From NCBI GenBank assembly GCA_964019335.1, contig OZ025660.1, positions 124,001 through 188,000 of the forward strand: a DNA stretch of 64,000 nt, written 5' to 3'. The position numbers and the translations under genes were made by a program. This DNA comes from Diplonema japonicum (Eukaryota > Protista > Euglenozoa: Diplonemea). A model generated the notes under the pieces. That model saw only the letters and a program-made list of their open reading frames with translations. It had not been told where the DNA came from and ran no database searches. Shown here one piece after another: positions 56,553-64,000 of this stretch. How positions within the stretch are numbered: the stretch's first letter is position 1; every line of letters begins with the position of its first letter.

Positions 56553-56917
56553 ATAACCGGCGCTGGGCATTAATCCCCTTCGCATTTCTGGGTCAAAAAA
56601 AAAAAAAAAACTACTTTTTCAAAAAAAAAAAAAAAAAAAAAAAAAACCCTATAGTAAGTATATCCGCTCCCCTATAAAAGAAAAAAGTCAATCACTCTTT
56701 TCATTGCAAAAAAAAGATTTCAGGGGGCTCCAGATATAAGGGGGGGGTTTTTTTTTGAAGTGGATCCGTAAAGGGAAAAGTGGCCCCGAGCCCGGTCATT
56801 GTTGGCATTCGCATTACATGCCAAAACAATGTCACATCTCCCTTATATTCTTAGACAAGCCTAAGACTCGTTCTTTTGCAAAAAAAAAAAAAAAAAAAAA
56901 AAATTAAAAAAAAAAAA

Positions 56918-58426
56918 TAAAGGGGCCCCCTGAATAATCCCTTTATTTGGGCAGTGGAGGGGGGGTGTTAGGGCTCCAAAAAAAAAGAATTATTTGGAAT
57001 ACACTTATTTGGGTTGTACTTATTTGGGCTGGGGGGCCTGCCACATGGAAAGCAGGGAGCGGGGCTTAGAGCACTTCGGAAATCTTAACATGCCAAATCG
57101 TGCCAAGACTTTTTTCATGCCCTTTTTTTTTCCAAGGGAAATTTTAACAGTTTTTCTCCCAGGCTGTGGAGAACCCACAAACGTTGCAGACAAACCGCCT
57201 GGTTTTGGCGTTAGGTGGTTGCTGGGAGGTTGCTGGGGTCTGAGAGGCTTGAGAAACTGTCAGGGCTTGAGAAGCTGCAAGGGCTTGGGAGGCTGCTGGA
57301 GTCTCATCAGGTGTAGTGTCCATTGTAACACCTGCAACAACGTTCTGTGCTGCATTGTCTAAACTTTGCTAAGTGCCCTTAGCTGTATGGCCTCCTCGGA
57401 ACTACCTGGAAGGTAGCCGTGAGATCGCACAAAGCTAAAGGTGTTGAGCAGTTGCATGACCTTTCTCATGTGCTTGCCCTATCCACAGTGCCACGTTGAC
57501 TCGGCACTCTGCTGCAGTCATCAACGTCCCACCTCGGCTGCTTGGGGCATGCCACAGCCCCCCTTAACCCCTCAAAATGGTGAGAAGCAGCCTCACAATA
57601 CAGACTTTTCTTTTTCAATCGATTGTTATATTTGTACTAATAAAATATAGCGTGCACGACGGCACTGATCAAGCGACTGGCACCTTCTGAAGAAGGGCCT
57701 CCCACGTCTGCTGGGTTGAGCAGAGGATGCCCCAGGGCGGCCGTTCCAGTCTGATCATGTTGCACTATAATATATTTCTCATCTTCTAGAAGAAAATGGG
57801 GTTTTTGCCCTCATGGCTCACTGGGCCAGCACTCTTACTTGTGTAAGCAGCCTCACAATACTGCCAGTGGGCTACGACACAACTTTGGGATCTTGCTCAG
57901 GAATGGAATATTGACATTGTGGGCCATGAAACAAAGCAAATACTGGATAAGTTGTCAACACATGAATGCACATGCCCTTCCGGCAACGCAGAAGCACCCA
58001 GGCCACCCACAAGCGCCTTTGAACTAAGTGGTTCTGTGAAATTTTGAACCGTTCATCACAAACCAGCTAGCTTCTTGCATTAAGAAAAATAGTCCCCCAC
58101 AATAACCCAGGTGCCAAACCCTGTGGTCCCTGTTCAAAATGCAAAGGAATTGCTCGTAAGTGCCCAAAACCAGGTGAAAATCGACTTTTTGGTCAAAAAA
58201 GGGGTGTCATAATGGGTTAGGTAGGCTAGTACCCTGCACAGGCATAACTGAGAAAAGCCCATTGCACGACTACCATGTGACCCCACCCTGGTCCCCAAAA
58301 AAAAAAAAGAAAGGGGGTTGGGAATTATTTGGGAAATTTGGAGTGGAAAAATCCCCAAAAAAAAAAAAGAATTATTTGGGAAAAAACACATTATTTGGGA
58401 GGGAATTATTCAGGCCCCCCCTTTAA
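56918..58426. mobile_element. Probable non-autonomous DNA transposon with imperfect TIRs and TTATTTGG(G) subterminal repeats
   Basis: TAAAGGGGCCCCCTGAATAATCCC versus the reverse complement of the right end, TTAAAGGGGGGGCCTGAATAATTCCC. Clusters of TTATTTGG lie near both ends. Confidence 0.55.
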
Positions 58427-61419
58427 TAATAATCATAGAGAGAAAAAGTGGCCCCAAAATAAGAAAAGAAAAAAAAATGCACGGGGAAAAAAAAAATGTT
58501 GTTGAGAAAAAAAAAAAAAAAAACCATCATTCCCCCACCAACTTCAGTTCCTTTCCCCCCAAACAAAAAAAAAAAAGAATTATTTGGGAACACACTTACG
58601 GTTTTCTCTTAAATTAATAGAGTTACTTTTTTTCTTTTCTTCATTTTCTGTGTTGTCTTCAATATGAAGGAAAATAGTAGAAAGAGAGAACAAAAAAAAA
58701 AAAAGAAAATGCTATGAAGGTGCTCGCTTAGCGTGCCAAGAAGCTAGAAACTTGGAGAAAGTCTGTAACCCGTAAACACACTATTTAAAGAACATAAAGA
58801 TCACTTAGCCTTTCCCCCCCCCTTTTTTTTCTTCTCTCTACCACCTTATTATCTTCCCTCTTCTTCTGAAGACTCTGCTTTTCTTTAAGTCAACTGGCAT
58901 CCCCTCCCCTGTAGGGTAACACCTCCTCTGTTATAGGTCACATTAAAACCCAAAAGACAGCGTTCTTTTTCTCTTCACTAGCTGTGAAAAGAAAATCGGT
59001 ATACAGATAAAATAATAAAAAGAGAAAAAAATAATAATAATAATAATAAAAAAAAAAAAAAAACCCACCCAAACAGAAGGGGTATCTGCGTTAATCTTTT
59101 TGAATTATACATCAGAGAGAAAATTTTTTTTCTTTTTTCCCCTTTTCCCATTTTTTTCCCCCCCCGAAAAAAGGCACCTGTTGCCATAACGTGCAATAAT
59201 TTACCTCAGGGGCAGTCCTTCTAGCCTTTCAGACGTTGGTGGATAAAAAGGGGGGTAAATAAAAAAATAAGAAAACTACTGAAAAATTGAAGAAATAGGA
59301 CTATGTGTCCTCTCTCTCTTTTTCTTTCTCCCAAAAAAAACTTTTTCTTTTCAGAGGGCACCCCTTCCCTATCTTTTACTCTTTCGACCGGTTTTTCTCT
59401 CTCTCTTTTCTTTTTTCTTTTCCCCTCCCCCCCCTTTTTTTTTGTTCTTCTTCTTACCATGTTTGGACTTTGACATGAAACGGAGAAAGTTTCAAATGTT
59501 CTTTCGCCGTTCCATATTAGTTTTCTGTTCTGATTTTTTTTTTCTTTTCCTTTTCTTTTTTTTCTCCGTTCAGTACTAAGTCCAAATATTTTGCTTTTTT
59601 CTTTTTTTTTTTCCTTCTTTTCTTGTGGATGAGATGCTGCTGTTTGTTACAACGATTTGCCACCGTCCCCTTAGACAAGTCAAAAGACTGAGAAAATTGC
59701 TATTTCTATTACACCGGCGGGGTTGAATCTCAGATTTTTTCTTAAATGTGAATTTCTGAGGGATGACAGCAAAACGGGCCACCACAGAGCTGATCCACTT
59801 CAGACCCCAGGGGATCCCTGTTTGGGAAGTCCAGAAGAGTGAACTTGAAAGAATACTGGCGAAAAAAACCGTTTAAAAAAAATATATGAAGAAAAGCTAG
59901 TTGCCCCCATCCCTCTCCCTTTGTACGTAAAAGAGAGAATCGCTGGGTAGGGGAGAGGTGTGTTTCTTTTTTTTTTCTTTTTTTTTTTTCTTTTCTTTCT
60001 TCCTTTTTTTTTTTTTTTTTTTTCTTTTCCTTTTCTATTTTTCAGTGAAGAAAACAATACCGAGTTTGGTGATTATTATGCCCCGTATAAAGTCCCAATT
60101 GGTATTAAAAAAAAAAAAAAAAAAAAACCTCGAAAAAAAGGTACAAAATTTGCATAATAAGCCCAAACCCGGAAATAAAAATTCGATAACATTTAGTGTG
60201 CAAGGGGGGGAGGGGAGTGAGGAAGGGAAAGAAGAAACGACAAACATGCATTTTTTTTAATCTTCTTTCTTTCCTTCCTTTTTCTTCTTTTCTCGATGGG
60301 GAGGAAAGGATGGGATGCTGGAGATGGAATATAAATATAAAAAAAAATGGCAAACCTAAAAAAGCTCTCTTTACATCCTTTTAAAACTGGACAGTTTCTA
60401 TATGATATTTATAACTTTTTTCCTTTATAATGATGGGGGGGGAAATATAAAAATATATTAAAAAAATGCTGTAAATACTTTTGAGGAAAATAAAAGTGGC
60501 AGACTGGAAAGAGAGGAGGGGAAGGTCAGGGACAAACAAAAAAAAAAAGAACAATCTGCGGTATAGCAAGAAATGGGGAGGGAGGGAAGAAAACAAGAAG
60601 AAAAAAAAAAGAAGATCTCTGATTCCTCAGCCCATGTATGAAAAATCACTTTTTCACGGACTAAGGTAAATGGCTATGAAAAAAATAAAAATAAAAATAA
60701 AAATAAAGAGGAATAAATAAAAAAAACAAAGAAAAATAAAAAATTGCAACCGTTTCTTTTTTTTGCTTTTTTTTTCTTCTTTTTTTTTTTTATTCGGAGC
60801 CCCGGATAGCCGGCTGCCAAAAAGAAAATAAAAAATAATCCAGACCTTAAAAATAAGAATCCCTATTTTCTTTTCAAACGTCTTCTGTTCCTACTTTCAT
60901 TTTTCGTCCCATATAAATCCAAATCCGGTAAAAGAAGATTTAAATAAAAATGCCTATCTTTTTTGATTTTTGTTTTGTTTTTTTCTCTCATTTCATTTTA
61001 AAAAAAAAAAACCAACCCTATTTCTTCAGTTGAAAGCATACAGAAAATAACAGGGAACAGAAGGGGGGGGAAAAAAAAAGAAAACTATTTCTGTGTTTTT
61101 CCCCCCTATCGTTTCATTTATTATTGTTCTGAAGTCCTGAAGGAGGTCCGGTACTTCTCTCTCCCCCCCCCCCCCCCCCCCCTCCCAGTTTTCAGGGCTT
61201 GAGGGTGTGAAGCCATGCTTTCACAGGGGATCTAGGATTCTTGTGGTCCCTTGTCAGTGATATCAAAGTGTTGTGAAAAGACCACTTACCTACTTCCAAG
61301 GAGTCTTGCAGTAGTAAATAGCAAATTTATTTTGGCTGGGGAGAGAGGGGGTGGGGGGGGGTGGGGATTCCTTCACATAAAGAAAAAAGGGCAGAAATTA
61401 GTCCTTGCTGTGCTTTTTC

Positions 61420-61450
<31 letters not shown>

Positions 61451-61457
61451 TGTACCA

Positions 61458-61681
61458 TATGAGCTCGTCCGGAAAAAAATGTCAACAAATGACCCTCCTA
61501 TGCGGCGTAAAACCCCCGTTAAATTTCTAAGTAAAAAAGTAGTCCGACACCACTTCATGTACACTATGTATGTCATCTTCCTATGGTTGCATGCTGCCCT
61601 TTTTTTGCTCAAATAATCAAAACAAGAAATCTTCGGAGGTGCCCAAAAAAGTGTTGACATTCTCGTCCGGACGAGCTCATA
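61458..61681. mobile_element. TA-flanked MITE, family A copy 2
   Basis: TA|TGAGCTCGTCCGGA..ATGTCAACA ... TGTTGACAT..TCCGGACGAGCTCA|TA: perfect 14-bp TIR. Confidence 0.85.
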
Positions 61682-62610
61682 TTTCTTTTTTTTTTTTGAG
61701 CCTTCACTTCTCAGAAGAAGGACGGGACAACGAAGAAGGTCCAAACACTTCTTGGCTTTCCTTTTTTCTTTCACCTTTTTTTTTTTCTCCCCTCTGTACC
61801 CGATGCTACAGCACGTTGTTCCATTCTGACCTATTTCGAAGGAGGTGCCAGGGGGGGAGGGGGGGGAAACGGAAGGAGTGAACCTGAGCAAAAAGCAAAA
61901 CTGGAAAAGGAAAAAAAAGGGGGGAAAAAAGAGAACAAAAAAAGAGAGAAAAACCAAAAAGAAGTAAACAAAACTGAAAAAAAAAAAAAAAGAGAGAACT
62001 GTGATTTTTTTTTTTTTCTTTTTATTTAATTCTGTAAAGTTACATCAGGGAATCCTGCAGAGAAACTAAAATCAGAAATCACTTTACCTCTTTGACGAGC
62101 AAATGCAAAGTGCCGAATAAACGTAAAGCTAAATTTGGCTAAAGTAAACTAAATTTAATTTTTAACTCCGAGCGAATCTTAGGGGTTTTTTATAAGCAAA
62201 AAAAACCTTAGCTGTATTTTTGCAGCTGTTTTCTTGGTGTCCGACTTTCCCTCACATAACTTACAAGAATTAAATAAAAATATCAATACCAAATAAGAAA
62301 ATCAGGTAATCTGATTTGTATTAAGTAAATAGTCATTTTTCTTTTTTTTTTTCTTTTTTGGGTGAACAGACAGGATAGAAAATCAAGAAGAGGTCAAAAA
62401 TCAAAAAAAAAAAAAAAAGAATAACGTGAATATCACACGACTCCCAACCAACGTACAAAAAAAAAAAAAAAAAAAAAAAAACTTCTTACTTTGTGTGTTA
62501 CCTTGTGCCAGCACTCTTCATTGAAACGAGTGAAGTGAGTAACGACCTTAAAAAGAAAATATATGCACAATGTTTGGTTTTAACTCTGGCTCTCGTATAT
62601 TTCTTTTTTT

Positions 62611-63199
62611 TTTATTTCACTCTTCAGAAATTACTTCACGCACTAGGGGGCCCATTATTTCACGCTAAATCTCATTACTTCACGGTGAAATAATGGCCTG
62701 TTTTCCGTGAAGTAATAGGGGGTTTCCGGTAAATAATATGCCTTGGTAGGCCAATTTTTGCCTCGGTTCGGTTCCCAGTGGGGCTACTTTTTCCTTTCAG
62801 TTTGCTAATTTCCCCCCAGGTTCAGCTCAATTGGCCAACTTTAGCTCAGTTCCAAGTTGGACTACTTTTTCCTCCCAATTTGCCCACTTTTGGCTAGGCC
62901 TTGTTCCCAGTTTCTGGGGGTAACTCTTCTGCGGGTAAGGGTAACTTAGTCAGCTTACCCAAGCTCCCCGAAAGAATTCAAAATATCGAAGCAGCAGAAA
63001 AAAAGGAGCCAGCGGCCGCGCCAGGTATGAGAAGGCCTGATTAGAGATGGTCACAATGGCCAGCGACAGAGGCGGCTCTAGTCAACAAAAGGAGGAAAAA
63101 CAACTTGTATTGTAACCTTTGTTACCCCTCTTGTTGTACCCCTTGTCACCCCTTTGTGCCCCTCGTGGTGAAATAATTTCAGAGTGTCGTGAAATAAAA
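62611..63199. mobile_element. Possible MITE with repeated ATTAYTTCAC subterminal motifs in inverted orientation
   Basis: (A)TTAYTTCAC at ~62612, 62630, 62654 and 62674; reverse GTGAARTAA at ~62685, 62707, 63168 and 63189. Confidence 0.45.
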
Positions 63200-64000
63200 C
63201 CACTTACCTGCCGCCAAGTATGCGGGCCCTCGACGGTAAAATGCGGAACCTCGAGGTAACGGTAAAGTCATTACTTGTTGGCAGTAAATAGCTATTTTTT
63301 TAAAACTCAAGCAAAAAGAACCTCACATGACGGGGAGAAGTGTAAGCAACGACCCACCAACAAAAAAGAAGAAGAAGAAGAAGAAAATAAAAGAGAGGGG
63401 GGAAAAAAAACTTTTTCTTTTTGTATCAAAAAAAATGGCTTCGCTCTGTTTCTTATTTAATTCGCTTCTAAATGTCTCTGAGACGTAATTGTTTTACAAC
63501 AAACCTCTGTTTGGGTAAACTTGGGTTTTCCTTTGAATATTCTTATGTTGGGGGTAGCTTGAACCCTCCTTGCAAGAGCAAAGCAAGAGGGGGATTAAAA
63601 AAAGCCAAGATATTAAAGAAAAAAATCACACGACCAAAGAGAAATGAAGTACAGTCCCATTCCCACTTCCCCCCCCCCCCCCCCCCTCTTTTTCGTCAAA
63701 GAACAAAAAAGATGTAAAAACTGGGAAAGAAAAAAAAGGGGGGGGGATTCGATGAAGTTTCAGTGTGCAGCAAGGGAGCACTTTTCAAAAAAGAGAAGGG
63801 GCACGGCATTTACGCAGTTTTCTTTTATTCGCGAAGGGGGGGGGGGGGGGGGGGGGAGAAGAGGCCGAGTTTATCCTTCTTGCAGAAAGGGTTAAAGCAG
63901 AATCGAGCGCCACCTCCCTGACTCTCAAAAACAATAATAAAAACCATCATTTCTTTTTTTTTTCTTTTTTTACAAATATTCCTCTCTGTGTGCGCGCGTG

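Noticed and set aside
1-64000. CRISPR array, rRNA or spliced-leader RNA gene
   Set aside because: No regularly spaced repeats, rRNA signatures or SL core (AGTTTCTGTA) were noticed on reading by eye.

Overview
Eukaryotic genomic DNA, most likely a euglenozoan of the diplonemid type. This is inferred from about 18 host genes all on the minus strand as in a polycistronic cluster, short GT-AG introns, AG trans-splice-like acceptors just upstream of ATGs, and non-coding DNA full of A/T/G/C homopolymer runs. 1-32.2 kb is a directional gene cluster: porin-like partial, kinase/pseudokinase, dual-specificity phosphatase, Ubl/TFIIS-like, MAP65, extended eIF4E, cyclin-PDZ, YfcG-type GST, membrane protein, two micro-ORFs, NAP1, ACBP, Nup35-like, TRM61, a coiled-coil gene and a tandem histone-fold gene. 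32.2-64 kb is gene-poor, with MITEs, retroelement 3' remnants and one apparently intact ~6.7 kb non-LTR retrotransposon. Strongest candidates for novel biology: (1) this LINE carries an OTU-type deubiquitinase in ORF1, and ORF1 and the APE-RT ORF2 are in the same frame, separated by a single UGA followed by two strong hairpins, with no AUG ahead of the endonuclease N-terminus, which suggests programmed stop-codon readthrough; (2) the element ends in a covarying 3' stem-loop without a poly(A) tail; (3) a host H2A-like/H3-like histone-doublet gene; (4) twelve tiny, 3'-biased introns, some closed by U-tract/A-tract pairing. All protein calls are from motif recognition by eye, not from database searches.
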